Positions 18,962 to 28,814 of a stretch of 64,000 bases of DNA are shown here, piece by piece; within the stretch, counting starts at the first letter, position 1; every line of letters begins with the position of its first letter. Source of the stretch: an uncultured virus (IMG/VR IMGVR_UViG_3300024503_000494) (lineage: Duplodnaviria > Heunggongvirae > Uroviricota > Caudoviricetes); the IMG/VR virus record IMGVR_UViG_3300024503_000494, positions 1 through 64,000 of that record. One strand, 5' to 3'. The translations under genes and the position numbers were made by a program. The notes below the pieces were generated by a model. That model was given only the letters and a program-made list of their open reading frames with translations. It searched no databases and was not told where the DNA came from.

Positions 18962-21900
18962 ATGGCAACATTACAATCACCGGGCGTAGCGGTTACAGTT
19001 ATCGACGAGAGTTTTTATACACCAGCAGAACCTGGTACTACTCCTCTTATCGTAGTAGCTACAGCGCAAGATAAAGCAAACGGATCGGGAACAGGTACCG
19101 CGTCCGCAACAACAAAAGCCAATGCTGGTAAGGCATTTAAATTAACCAGTCAGAGAGATCTAACAGATTTCTTCGGTGTTCCTTTCTTTGAACAGACAGC
19201 GAGTTCGACTCCTGTACACGGTTCAGAAAGAAACGAATACGGATTATTAGCAGCATATAGTTTATTGGGTGTTAGCAACGCGGCATTTATCGTTCGTGCT
19301 GATATTAACTTAGACGAACTAGAGGCTCAAGTAGACGCCCCGGGAGCGAACCCAACAAACGGTCAATGGTGGATTGACACTCAAGCAACAACTTGGGGTA
19401 TTCAAGAATGGAATGGATCTGCACCAACAGTAGTTGGCGGGCAGAAATTTACAAACAAAGTTCCATTAGTATTAACCGACGCAGATACAGCAAAAATTTC
19501 TAACAATGCTCCAAAAACATCAGTTGGTGCAATTGGTGACTACGCTGTAGTTTTCCAAACCGTTACAGGTGATGGATCATTTGGTGCAAACGAAGAGTTT
19601 GCAAGAGTTTACTTTAAATCAGCTGGTGCTCCAGCTTCGACTGGCGGAGTTGACGCTGTTGATGCAGGTCAGTGGGTACTAGTAGGTTCTACAGACTGGA
19701 AAGCAAGTTGGCCAGTAGCATCTGGTTCAGCATATTCAGGTTCGATAAGTGGTAACTTATATGTTAACAACAGTTTAATTGCTGGCGGAACAGTAGCTAC
19801 TATTGCTTCAAACATTAATGCAGCAGCAATTACTGGTGTAAGTGCTCAAGCAATTAACAACAGATTGTACATTTATTCTAACGGCACATCAGCTGCTGAC
19901 GGTGATGCAGGCGATTCAACTGGTGCTGACGGTGCAGTTAAATTAGAAAATGGTACAGCAAACTGGAGCACATTGGGTATCACAGCTGGTACTTATTTGA
20001 GCCCAGCATTACAACAAACTCCACATACTTCTGTTCCAGCATTTAAGATTTCTGACAACGTTGGCACAGTCGGCGGAAACCCAACTGGTTCTGTATGGAT
20101 TAAAACAACTGAACCAAACAACGGCGCTCGTTGGAGAGTTAAGCGTTGGAGCGCAGGAACACTTTCTTGGGCATCATACGAAGCTCCAATCCACACATCA
20201 ACTGGTGCAGCAAACTATTATCTAGATCGTAGTGGCGGTGGTGCAAATATTTCCAAAGATTCTTTATTTGTACAATCAAATGCTACAGAAGCTGCTGGAT
20301 TTGATGCAACTCCAGAAACTGCTGAATTTAGAGTATGGAAAAGAAACGTTTCTGCAAATGCTGTAACAAGCATTACATCAGCAGTTATTAAAGACAGCAC
20401 ACTAGCTGCCGGCCCATACAGTTTTGATCTAGCAGAATCATTAAAAGGACAAGCAACTTTAGACACAGCAGTTACAATTAATTTCTCAGCAGCTGGCAAC
20501 AGCGAAGATGCTGATGCAATTGCAACAGCAATTAACGCAGCAGGATTTACCAACATTGTAGCTTCTGTAACAACAGTAAGTTCAACCTCAGCTAAGTTGG
20601 TTATTTCACACAAACTAGGCGGAGATTTCAGTCTAACAGACGGAACAGGTAGCCCAATTGGTGGATTGTTTACACCTTATAGTATCAACACATTATCTGG
20701 AACTGAAAACTTATATGAAGCTCAATCAGCCGCAGGATATGATTATCTAGCTTCTGGTTGGATGCCATTGGCAGCAAGCAATCCAAGATTTGCAGCAAGC
20801 GGTGATGCTCCATTAAATGAGCCACAAGATGGACAAATGTGGTACAACCCTAACTTCTCAGAAGTTGACGTTATGGTACACAATGGCGCAACTTGGGTTG
20901 GTTATAGACACGCTTCTGCTCAGTACGCAGAAAGCGCGACATCAACAAGAATTGGTTATGCTCCACTAGTTTCAGCTAGCAATCCATATCAAGCAGGCAG
21001 CACACAAACAGGTGACCTATGGATCAGCACAGCCGATATGGAAAACTTCCCAACTATCTACAGATTTAATAATAATCTAACTGATATTGCGGATGTTTCT
21101 CAACGTTGGGAATTAGTTGATAAAACTGATCAAACAACAGAAGAGGGTATCTTGTTTGCTGATGCACGTTGGAACACAACAGGCACAACAAATGCAATGT
21201 CTACTATCGAAGACCTATTGCAGAATAACTTCTTAGATCCAGACGCTCCAGATCCAGCACTATATCCAAAAGGTATGTTGCTATGGAATCTACGCAGAAG
21301 CGGCGGAAACGTTAAGAAATATATGAACGGTTACATTGATACAGCTAGCGATAACCCAAGAACAAGTACAGCTACCCTAGCAGGTAGTGCATTTGTAAGC
21401 GGTTCTGGTTTGTCAATGGAAGCGTATTGGACAGATCGTTGGGTGACAGCATCTGGTAATAACGAAGACGGTTCTGGTACATTTGGTCGTCACGCACAAC
21501 GTAAGGTTGTTACACAAGCTCTTAAGAGTGTTGTTGATACAAGCAGCGAAATCCGTGATACAGAACGTCGCAACTTTAACTTGATTGCTTGCCCAGGATA
21601 TCCTGAGCTAATGAGCAACCTAGTTAACTTAAACATTGACCGTGGAATTACAGCTTTTGTAATTGGTGACACACCATTGCGTTTAGCAGCAGATGCAACA
21701 AGCCTAACAACTTGGGGTACTAACGCTAACCTAGTAACAGACAACGGTGATGATGGTATTGTTACATATGACGAATATCTAGCAACTTACTATCCAAACG
21801 GTTACACAACAGACCTAAGCGGTGCAGGCGCAGTTGTTCCAGCATCACATATGATGTTGAAAACAATCGCACTAAGTGACAACGTAAGTTATCCTTGGTT

Positions 21901-22420
21901 TGCTCCAGCAGGTACAAGACGCGGTGGTATTACTAACGCAACAGCAGTTGGTTATATTGACGCAATGACAGGTGAATTCCAGACCGTAGCTCTAAACGAA
22001 GGTCAACGTGATACACTATATGATCTAAAGATTAACCCAATTCCATTCTTTAATGGTGTAGGTTTAGTTGCATATGGTCAAAAGACTCGTGCAAGAAATG
22101 CTTCTGCATTAGACAGAATCAACGTAGCACGTTTAGTTGTATACCTACGCAGCCAGTTGAACAAACTAGCTCGTCCATACATTTTTGAACCAAATGACAA
22201 GATCACACGTGATGAGATCAAACAGGCAGCAGAAAGTTTGTTATTAGAGTTGGTAGGTTTGAGAGCAATTTATGACTTCGCAGTTGTTTGTGATGAAAGC
22301 AACAACACTCCTAGCAGAATCGATCGTAATGAACTATATGTTGACATTGCAATTGAACCAGTTAAGGCTGTTGAATTCATTTACATCCCATTACGTGTCA
22401 AGAACACAGGAGAGATTTAA
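18962..22420 (+). CDS. gp18: Tail sheath protein with large insertions
   Basis: LQSPGVAVTVIDES, PWFAPAGTRRG, INPI, DRINVARL, FEPND, CDESNNTP, IEPVKAVEFIYIP. Confidence 0.95.
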   Translation: MATLQSPGVAVTVIDESFYTPAEPGTTPLIVVATAQDKANGSGTGTASATTKANAGKAFKLTSQRDLTDFFGVPFFEQTASSTPVHGSERNEYGLLAAYSLLGVSNAAFIVRADINLDELEAQVDAPGANPTNGQWWIDTQATTWGIQEWNGSAPTVVGGQKFTNKVPLVLTDADTAKISNNAPKTSVGAIGDYAVVFQTVTGDGSFGANEEFARVYFKSAGAPASTGGVDAVDAGQWVLVGSTDWKASWPVASGSAYSGSISGNLYVNNSLIAGGTVATIASNINAAAITGVSAQAINNRLYIYSNGTSAADGDAGDSTGADGAVKLENGTANWSTLGITAGTYLSPALQQTPHTSVPAFKISDNVGTVGGNPTGSVWIKTTEPNNGARWRVKRWSAGTLSWASYEAPIHTSTGAANYYLDRSGGGANISKDSLFVQSNATEAAGFDATPETAEFRVWKRNVSANAVTSITSAVIKDSTLAAGPYSFDLAESLKGQATLDTAVTINFSAAGNSEDADAIATAINAAGFTNIVASVTTVSSTSAKLVISHKLGGDFSLTDGTGSPIGGLFTPYSINTLSGTENLYEAQSAAGYDYLASGWMPLAASNPRFAASGDAPLNEPQDGQMWYNPNFSEVDVMVHNGATWVGYRHASAQYAESATSTRIGYAPLVSASNPYQAGSTQTGDLWISTADMENFPTIYRFNNNLTDIADVSQRWELVDKTDQTTEEGILFADARWNTTGTTNAMSTIEDLLQNNFLDPDAPDPALYPKGMLLWNLRRSGGNVKKYMNGYIDTASDNPRTSTATLAGSAFVSGSGLSMEAYWTDRWVTASGNNEDGSGTFGRHAQRKVVTQALKSVVDTSSEIRDTERRNFNLIACPGYPELMSNLVNLNIDRGITAFVIGDTPLRLAADATSLTTWGTNANLVTDNGDDGIVTYDEYLATYYPNGYTTDLSGAGAVVPASHMMLKTIALSDNVSYPWFAPAGTRRGGITNATAVGYIDAMTGEFQTVALNEGQRDTLYDLKINPIPFFNGVGLVAYGQKTRARNASALDRINVARLVVYLRSQLNKLARPYIFEPNDKITRDEIKQAAESLLLELVGLRAIYDFAVVCDESNNTPSRIDRNELYVDIAIEPVKAVEFIYIPLRVKNTGEI

Positions 22421-22422
22421 AA

Positions 22423-23070
22423 ATGTCAATTACATCACTAAACAATTTTGGTATTCCAACAACTAATCAGGCAGGAAGCACTCAGGTGCTTCTAATGCCT
22501 AAGTTGAAATATCGATTCCGTGTTACATTGCTAGGATTTGGTGTTGCAGCAGCAACTGAATTGACAAAGCAAGTTCAAGACGTTACTAGACCAAAAGTTT
22601 CATTTGAAGAAATGACACTAGACATCTATAACTCAAAGGTGAAACTTGCAGGCAAGCATACATTAGAAAACGTAACATTAACATTACGTGATGATGCTAG
22701 CGGTCAAGTTCAGAAATTAGTTGGTCAACAAATCCAGAAACAATATGACTTTATGGAACAGGCATCCGCTCGTTCAGGTATTGACTATAAATTTACAACA
22801 CGTATCGAAGTGTTAGATGGTGGTAATGGTACATTAACTCCAGAAACATTAGAAACTTTTGAAATGTATGGTTGCTTCCTACAAAACGTAGACTACGGCG
22901 ATGCTAACTACTCTACTAACGAACATATGACAGTTGCTTTAACAATTGCCTACGATAACTTAGTACAGTTTGCAGCAGGTGCAGCAGCAACAAGCCCAAT
23001 CGGTGGTATTGGTGCAGCAGTAGGACGTACAATTGGAAACGCTGTAACAGGCGCAACAGGCGGCGCTTAA
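22423..23070 (+). CDS. gp19: Tail tube protein
   Basis: PKLKYRFRV, AGKHT, GCF, TIAYDN; immediately after sheath. Confidence 0.85.
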   Translation: MSITSLNNFGIPTTNQAGSTQVLLMPKLKYRFRVTLLGFGVAAATELTKQVQDVTRPKVSFEEMTLDIYNSKVKLAGKHTLENVTLTLRDDASGQVQKLVGQQIQKQYDFMEQASARSGIDYKFTTRIEVLDGGNGTLTPETLETFEMYGCFLQNVDYGDANYSTNEHMTVALTIAYDNLVQFAAGAAATSPIGGIGAAVGRTIGNAVTGATGGA

Positions 23071-23083
23071 TTAACGTTAGTTC

Positions 23084-23114
23084 AAAAAGAGCTCGGTTAA
23101 ACCGGGCTTTTTTT
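23084..23114 (+). terminator. Intrinsic terminator
   Basis: GAGCTCGGTT..ACCGGGCT followed by T run. Confidence 0.75.
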
Positions 23115-23131
23115 GTGGCATAAATATTAAT

Positions 23132-24208
23132 ATGGCCAACTACTTTACTAGATTCCTTACCGGTGTATCTGAAGGATTATTAAATCCCAAAGGACAACAA
23201 GCCAATTGGCAACACGCCACACGACTATTCATTGATAATTCTTTTAGATTATCACCCAAGACTAAATTTTTATACTATGTTAGATTTGATTTAAACAAAC
23301 ATACAATTAGGTCTCCTGGATGGTCAAATGAAAATTCTCAAGAAGTTGGGATGTTGGTAAAGTCTTGCGATTTACCAAAATTTAATTTTGATTCTATTGT
23401 TAAAAATCAATATAATAGAAAAAAACTTGTATACAAAGGCATTAACTACGAGCCAATTAATATATCCTTACACGACGACAGTGACGGAGTAGTTAATGCG
23501 TTATGGGCAATATACTATGGCTATTATATTGCTGATAGATTGAATCCTAATGCAGCATATTCAGCTACACATCTTCGACCTGCAAACACTAATTTAGATC
23601 TATTCCGATACGGTTTAGATAACGATGTATCCGATCCATTTTTTAATTCAGTGAGTATATACACAATGAGTCGACGACGATTCATCGGATATACACTAGT
23701 GAATCCAAGAATCAAATCTTGGCAACACGGTGCTATGGACTATTCTGCATCAGAATTTAATGAAAGTCAAATGACATTAGAATACGAAGCTGTAAAATAT
23801 TCAGCAGGAACTGTGTCATACAATAATCCTAAAGGTTTTGCAAATCTTCATTACGATACAACACCAAGTCCTATCTCAGTTGCCGGCGGAGGCGTGGCCA
23901 CACTAACAGGTGAAGGCGGTGTACTAGACGGACTAGAATCAGTGTTCGGTGCAGTAGGTGACGGAACAGCATTTGATAGTTGGGGTGGATTTATGAGTAC
24001 TGCTATCAAAGCAGTTAACACATACAAAAATGTTAAACAATTATCTACAGCACAATTAAAATCTGAAGCAATTAATATTCTAAGTAATCCTGGAAATATT
24101 TCATCAGCAGTATCCACAGTTGGAGGTGTTGTTGGCGCAATATTTCCAAAGAGTGCATCAACAGAAAATACAACTACTGCATCACAAAGAAATCTAACAG
24201 GAAATTAA
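23132..24208 (+). CDS. Tube-like baseplate/tail tube initiator (gp54/gp48-like)
   Basis: DLPKF, NQYNRK, YEPINISLHDD, LVNP.I.SW.H, MTLEYE. Confidence 0.6.
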   Translation: MANYFTRFLTGVSEGLLNPKGQQANWQHATRLFIDNSFRLSPKTKFLYYVRFDLNKHTIRSPGWSNENSQEVGMLVKSCDLPKFNFDSIVKNQYNRKKLVYKGINYEPINISLHDDSDGVVNALWAIYYGYYIADRLNPNAAYSATHLRPANTNLDLFRYGLDNDVSDPFFNSVSIYTMSRRRFIGYTLVNPRIKSWQHGAMDYSASEFNESQMTLEYEAVKYSAGTVSYNNPKGFANLHYDTTPSPISVAGGGVATLTGEGGVLDGLESVFGAVGDGTAFDSWGGFMSTAIKAVNTYKNVKQLSTAQLKSEAINILSNPGNISSAVSTVGGVVGAIFPKSASTENTTTASQRNLTGN

Positions 24209-24209
24209 T

Positions 24210-24575
24210 ATGGCAACAAATTTACCCAGTCAAGTTGTAGAAGATAGTGCTGCCGGAACAAAACTATTTTTTGAAAGATATGGCGAAGCTCCGATGGAAT
24301 TTTCGTCAATGGAAATTGACCTAGCACATTCATTTTTTCAATCTGCGGGATTTTCAAAAGATGCTGCCGATGTAGTTGCAATGACTTTGTTAAGGCAGGC
24401 CAAAATAGATTCGATTCCTGTGGGTCAATTATTAGATACTTTAAAAAATTTTAATTATTTAGAATTAAATCAAATAGTAGGTGAAGTTTTAAACAACAAT
24501 CGAGTACCAACTTCTATACTAGGATTTAGAACAACTGACGTCAAACCTATTCAGATAAGAAACATAGCAGCATAA
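24210..24575 (+). CDS. Hypothetical protein
   Basis: 121 aa, coupled within tail operon. Confidence 0.6.
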   Translation: MATNLPSQVVEDSAAGTKLFFERYGEAPMEFSSMEIDLAHSFFQSAGFSKDAADVVAMTLLRQAKIDSIPVGQLLDTLKNFNYLELNQIVGEVLNNNRVPTSILGFRTTDVKPIQIRNIAA

Positions 24576-25015
24576 TGGCAAAATTTGCACAGGGAAGATT
24601 TGAAATGAAAAATCCTGACAAGTATGTTGGGAAAAAAACTCCTTTGGCACGTAGTAGTTGGGAATTTGTTTTTATGCGAATGCTTGACGAACATCCTGGC
24701 GTACAAAATTGGGCCAGTGAAAGTATACAAATACCTTATAGAGATCCCTTAACAGGAAAAAGCACAATCTATGTCCCAGACTTCTTTATTGTCTATGTTG
24801 ACAAGAATGGCAGTAAACACGCCGAAGTAGTAGAAGTTAAACCTAGCAATCATACTATTTTAGAAAAAGTTGGCAAGAGCTTGTACAACCAAGAACAGTA
24901 TGTTAAGAATATGGCCAAATGGGAAGCAGCAAATAAATGGTGCAAACAACAGGGTGTTAGATTTCGAGTAGTTAGTGAAAATGATATTTTTCACCAAGGC
25001 GGCAAACGGAAATAA
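24575..25015 (+). CDS. gp4: Head completion nuclease, T4 gp4-like (TnsA-like)
   Basis: NPDKYVG, RSSWE, WASE, YVPDF, EVKP, KWEAA..WC. Confidence 0.9.
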   Translation: MAKFAQGRFEMKNPDKYVGKKTPLARSSWEFVFMRMLDEHPGVQNWASESIQIPYRDPLTGKSTIYVPDFFIVYVDKNGSKHAEVVEVKPSNHTILEKVGKSLYNQEQYVKNMAKWEAANKWCKQQGVRFRVVSENDIFHQGGKRK

Positions 25016-25022
25016 GTAAAGT

Positions 25023-25505
25023 ATGACCAAGAAACTTGAAGAACTCTTTAACTTAGATTCAGCTGAGGCTGTAAAGGCTGCTGAAGATACTACTCCTGTT
25101 CCAACCCACGAGCAGGTTAAAAGTTTAGATGATAGTTATGCTGAAGTAGCTAAAATTACCAGCACGTTGCCGCAGATACAAGAATTAGAAAATCTAGACG
25201 AAAACGAGCTAGATAACCTAGCTAAAAAAGCAGAGCAGGCCTACGACGATCTTATGGATTTAGGTATGAACGTAGAAGTACGTTATGCTAGTCGTATTTT
25301 TGAAGTAGCTAGTTCTATGATGGGCAACGCTATTACTGCTAAAACTAACAAAATTGAAAAGAAATTAAAAGCTGTTGACCTACAACTTAAAAAATTAAAA
25401 ATTGATAACGATGCGGGTAACGATCCAAACGATGTTATCAACGGCCAAGGGTATGTGATCACAGACCGCAATGAGCTACTGAAAAAATTAGGCGGAAAAG
25501 CATAA
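25023..25505 (+). CDS. Probable terminase small subunit (gp16-like)
   Basis: RIFEVA (cf. RAYEVA), helical, DLQLKK, C-terminal RNELLK; upstream of terminase large subunit. Confidence 0.55.
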   Translation: MTKKLEELFNLDSAEAVKAAEDTTPVPTHEQVKSLDDSYAEVAKITSTLPQIQELENLDENELDNLAKKAEQAYDDLMDLGMNVEVRYASRIFEVASSMMGNAITAKTNKIEKKLKAVDLQLKKLKIDNDAGNDPNDVINGQGYVITDRNELLKKLGGKA

Positions 25506-25513
25506 ATACTACT

Positions 25514-26062
25514 ATGAAAACTTTTAAAGAATATCTTGCCGAAAGCAAAAAGAGCTACCCTTTTAGATTAAAGGTAGCAGGCGAATTGCCTGAAAATTTT
25601 GTTAAAGAACTCAAAGATTGCATCGGAAAAGCAAATCCAGCAATCATTGAAAAATCTAAAACACCTATTCAAGCAACTCCACTAGATTTTCCGGAACTAA
25701 GCAATGTTGAAGTTCACACATTTGAAGTAGTATGCGAATATCCAATTACTGCTCCTGAGCTTGCAGAACACGTAAAATACTTTGTTCCAGAATCTAATTT
25801 TAGAGTCAGAAACGGTGGTGATGCAGGCGAAGTAGAACACAATACAGCGGATATGGAACCAAGTGGTGAATCAGTATTAGCAGAGCCTTACAACGATAAG
25901 GTAAAGCACAAAGACTACTTCGGCGATGATTTTAATAAAAGTTTCTTGAAAGATTTAGCAAAGGCCGCCAAGGAACGCAAAAAAGACGGTGTGCAGACAG
26001 AATACAAGCTGCCTAAGGCCAAACAAGACAAAGCAGGCGTTAAGAGCGCCTTAGGGAGTTAA
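25514..26062 (+). CDS. Hypothetical, candidate internal head protein
   Basis: N-terminus MKTFKEYLAES resembles T4 capsid targeting sequence MKTYQEFIAE. Confidence 0.55.
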   Translation: MKTFKEYLAESKKSYPFRLKVAGELPENFVKELKDCIGKANPAIIEKSKTPIQATPLDFPELSNVEVHTFEVVCEYPITAPELAEHVKYFVPESNFRVRNGGDAGEVEHNTADMEPSGESVLAEPYNDKVKHKDYFGDDFNKSFLKDLAKAAKERKKDGVQTEYKLPKAKQDKAGVKSALGS

Positions 26063-26063
26063 T

Positions 26064-26711
26064 ATGAATTTTAATGATTTAATGGCAAGAATGAGAGAGC
26101 TTGATCAACCAGCAGTTGAGGCAGCTCCAGTTGTAACAGACGAGTGTGGAGAAATGCCTCCTAGCCCAATGGGCAATATGGGTAAACCAGATGCTCCTCC
26201 TCCAAGTATGAGCGTTAACTTAAATGCACAAGGTTTAGATAATATTGAAGAACTATTATCTTTAATCAAGGCAGTTAACCCAGGTATGGATAAGCCTGCT
26301 GCTCCAATGGGCGGTATGCCACACATTGAAATTGAACCAATGGACAAGCCAGAAGGCGGTATGCCTAAGCTAGGCGGTCTAGGCGATCTAGACAAAGGCC
26401 CATTGAAAATGCTTCCTGATATGGATGCTGACAACGATGAAAAAGTAGGCGGCGAAGAAGGTCCTGAAGAAAAAGGCGAAGAAGATAAAGAAGACGAAGC
26501 ATTTGGAAATTCAGTTCCAGGTTCTGAGCCAGAAGTTAAAGATGTTAGCGCAGCTATTCCGGACGGTAATGATTTAAACAAACCTAAACAAATGGTTAAA
26601 CACAGCTATCGTCAAGGCGACAATCCAATGGCCATGGAAGGCGAAGAATTACGTGCTTCTATTAGAGCAGAATTACTGCGTAGATTAGAAGAAGCTAAAG
26701 GAGCGAAATAA
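26064..26711 (+). CDS. Acidic Pro/Met-rich hypothetical protein (possible scaffold/core)
   Basis: 215 aa, low complexity, E/D/P/M-rich. Confidence 0.55.
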   Translation: MNFNDLMARMRELDQPAVEAAPVVTDECGEMPPSPMGNMGKPDAPPPSMSVNLNAQGLDNIEELLSLIKAVNPGMDKPAAPMGGMPHIEIEPMDKPEGGMPKLGGLGDLDKGPLKMLPDMDADNDEKVGGEEGPEEKGEEDKEDEAFGNSVPGSEPEVKDVSAAIPDGNDLNKPKQMVKHSYRQGDNPMAMEGEELRASIRAELLRRLEEAKGAK

Positions 26712-27160
26712 TGGCAGATTTATACGGCGACGCATTAGGTGGCGGTTTAACAGGTAACGTCGACAGTAATGCAAGAAAATTATTAGGTGACGGCGCATCA
26801 GGCGTTGGACCATATACTAGTTTTGGTACTCCAAAATTACAAGCAATTAAAGTTGTTTCTGCAACAATTGACTTTACAACAACTCCCGCAGCAGCTAACA
26901 GTAATTTAGCTAAAGCAGTTTTTGCCCTACAGTCTTTATCTGAAATTTATTATGTTGGTAAACCAACAGCATCTGGTGCTAACCAATTTGTTGCATTAGT
27001 TAATATTAACAAAACAGATGCAGGAAATGGATATGCAGCATCGGGAAGCGCAGACGGTTCTTACGAAAACCTAGAAGATGTCATCGGTGCAGCGTTAGGT
27101 GTTGCCGAAAACGACATCACAATTACAGACGTAGCGTTAACTGGTTTAACATTCGCTTAA
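26711..27160 (+). CDS. Hypothetical small virion protein
   Basis: 149 aa A/G/T-rich; followed by terminator. Confidence 0.55.
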   Translation: MADLYGDALGGGLTGNVDSNARKLLGDGASGVGPYTSFGTPKLQAIKVVSATIDFTTTPAAANSNLAKAVFALQSLSEIYYVGKPTASGANQFVALVNINKTDAGNGYAASGSADGSYENLEDVIGAALGVAENDITITDVALTGLTFA

Positions 27161-27174
27161 TTGTATAAACACTC

Positions 27175-27202
27175 AAATAGGGCCTCCGGGCCCTATTTTT
27201 TT
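27175..27202 (+). terminator. Intrinsic terminator
   Basis: AAATAGGGCC-loop-GGCCCTATTTTTTT. Confidence 0.8.
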
Positions 27203-27216
27203 CATTAAATAATAGT

Positions 27217-28803
27217 ATGGCAAAATCATTAGACGGTAATTTAGTTAAGAAAGCTCACGCTCAAACCAGGTATACACTTGAGGAAGTAGAACATCTTGAA
27301 AAGTGTATGGATCCTGTAAACGGGCCGTTGTACTTTGCTAGAAACTTTATTAAAATTCAACACCCGGTTAGAGGTAGCATACCTTTTGAACCTTATGAAT
27401 ATCAGGTTAGACTAATACAGGCCTATCACGAAAACAAGCAATGTATTGCAATGTTACCGCGTCAGATGGGTAAAACAACCTGTGCAGTTGCTTACCTGCT
27501 GTGGTACACAATGTTTGTTCCAGACTGCCAAGTTCTTATTGCCGCACACAAATATGAAGGTGCTAAAGACATTATGGATCGTTACCGTTTTGGTTACGAA
27601 AACTTACCTGACTTTATTCGTGCTGGTGTTTATTCATACAATAGAAACACAATCGAATACGATAACGGAGCACGTATTCAAGCTACCACAACAACAGAAA
27701 ACACCGGTCGTGGTAAGTCTTTATCATTAATATACTGTGACGAGTTTGCATTTGTTCAACCACCTGAAAAGGCCAAAGAGTTTTGGACTGCCCTATCTCC
27801 TACATTGGCTACAGGTGGTAAAGCACTGATTACATCAACACCAAACTCGGACGAAGATCAGTTTGCTCTTATCTGGACTGAAGCTAATAAACGTTTTGAC
27901 GAGTACGGCAACGAGACAAAATTAGGACCTAACGGATTCTTTCCATTCTTTGCTCACTGGCGTGAAAACCCGTTACGCGACGATGCCTGGGCCTCTGTCG
28001 AACGTGCTAAAATTGGTGAAGAACGTTTCCGCCGAGAGTTTGAATGTGAGTTCTTGATCTTCGACGAAACACTAATCAATTCAGTTAAACTTGCAGCATT
28101 AGAGGGAATTGATCCAACTATGACCATGGGTCAAACACGTTGGTATAAAGATATAGATTCTAGATGCACATATCTTGTTGCTCTAGATCCTAGTCTAGGT
28201 ACAGGCGGTGACTACGGTGCTATACAGGTTTTTGAAATGCCCTCAATGACTCAGGTAGCGGAATGGCATCATAATACTACTCCAGTACAGCAACAGGTCA
28301 AACATATGCGTGAAATATTGAAATACATTCAATCACGCGGAGAAGAAAAAGGCGGTGTTCCGCAAATTTATTATTCTGTTGAAAATAATTCTCTAGGTGA
28401 AGCCGCTCTTATTGTTATTAACGACATAGGAGAAGAAAACTTTCCTGGTTTATTCTTAAGTGAGCCTATACGTAAAGGACACGTTCGTAAATTCCGTAAA
28501 GGATTTAATACTACACATCGCAGTAAAGTTACTGCTTGTTCTCAGTTTAAAAATTTACTAGAAACTAATAAGATGACAATTACATCTAAACCGCTGATTT
28601 CTGAGTTAAAAACGTATGTTGCCAGCGGACTTGGTTTTAAGGCCAAAACAGGAGAACACGACGACCTAGTGAGCTCTACGTTACTGATCATACGTATGGC
28701 AGACGTACTAGCAGATTGGGATCCTACAGTTTACGAAAAAATGACTGAAAAAATTACAGAGGAATCTATGCCGCTGCCTATCTTTGTAAGCAGCGGGTTT
28801 TGA
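27217..28803 (+). CDS. gp17: Terminase large subunit
   Basis: PRQMGKTT Walker A, YCDEFAF Walker B, ITSTPN, ALDPSLGTGGDY, GEHDDLV. Confidence 0.97.
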   Translation: MAKSLDGNLVKKAHAQTRYTLEEVEHLEKCMDPVNGPLYFARNFIKIQHPVRGSIPFEPYEYQVRLIQAYHENKQCIAMLPRQMGKTTCAVAYLLWYTMFVPDCQVLIAAHKYEGAKDIMDRYRFGYENLPDFIRAGVYSYNRNTIEYDNGARIQATTTTENTGRGKSLSLIYCDEFAFVQPPEKAKEFWTALSPTLATGGKALITSTPNSDEDQFALIWTEANKRFDEYGNETKLGPNGFFPFFAHWRENPLRDDAWASVERAKIGEERFRREFECEFLIFDETLINSVKLAALEGIDPTMTMGQTRWYKDIDSRCTYLVALDPSLGTGGDYGAIQVFEMPSMTQVAEWHHNTTPVQQQVKHMREILKYIQSRGEEKGGVPQIYYSVENNSLGEAALIVINDIGEENFPGLFLSEPIRKGHVRKFRKGFNTTHRSKVTACSQFKNLLETNKMTITSKPLISELKTYVASGLGFKAKTGEHDDLVSSTLLIIRMADVLADWDPTVYEKMTEKITEESMPLPIFVSSGF

Positions 28804-28814
28804 TAAATATAACT

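Noticed and set aside
24575..25015. TnsA-like protein as a Tn7 transposon
   Set aside because: Motifs and context match gp4 head completion protein; no tnsBC
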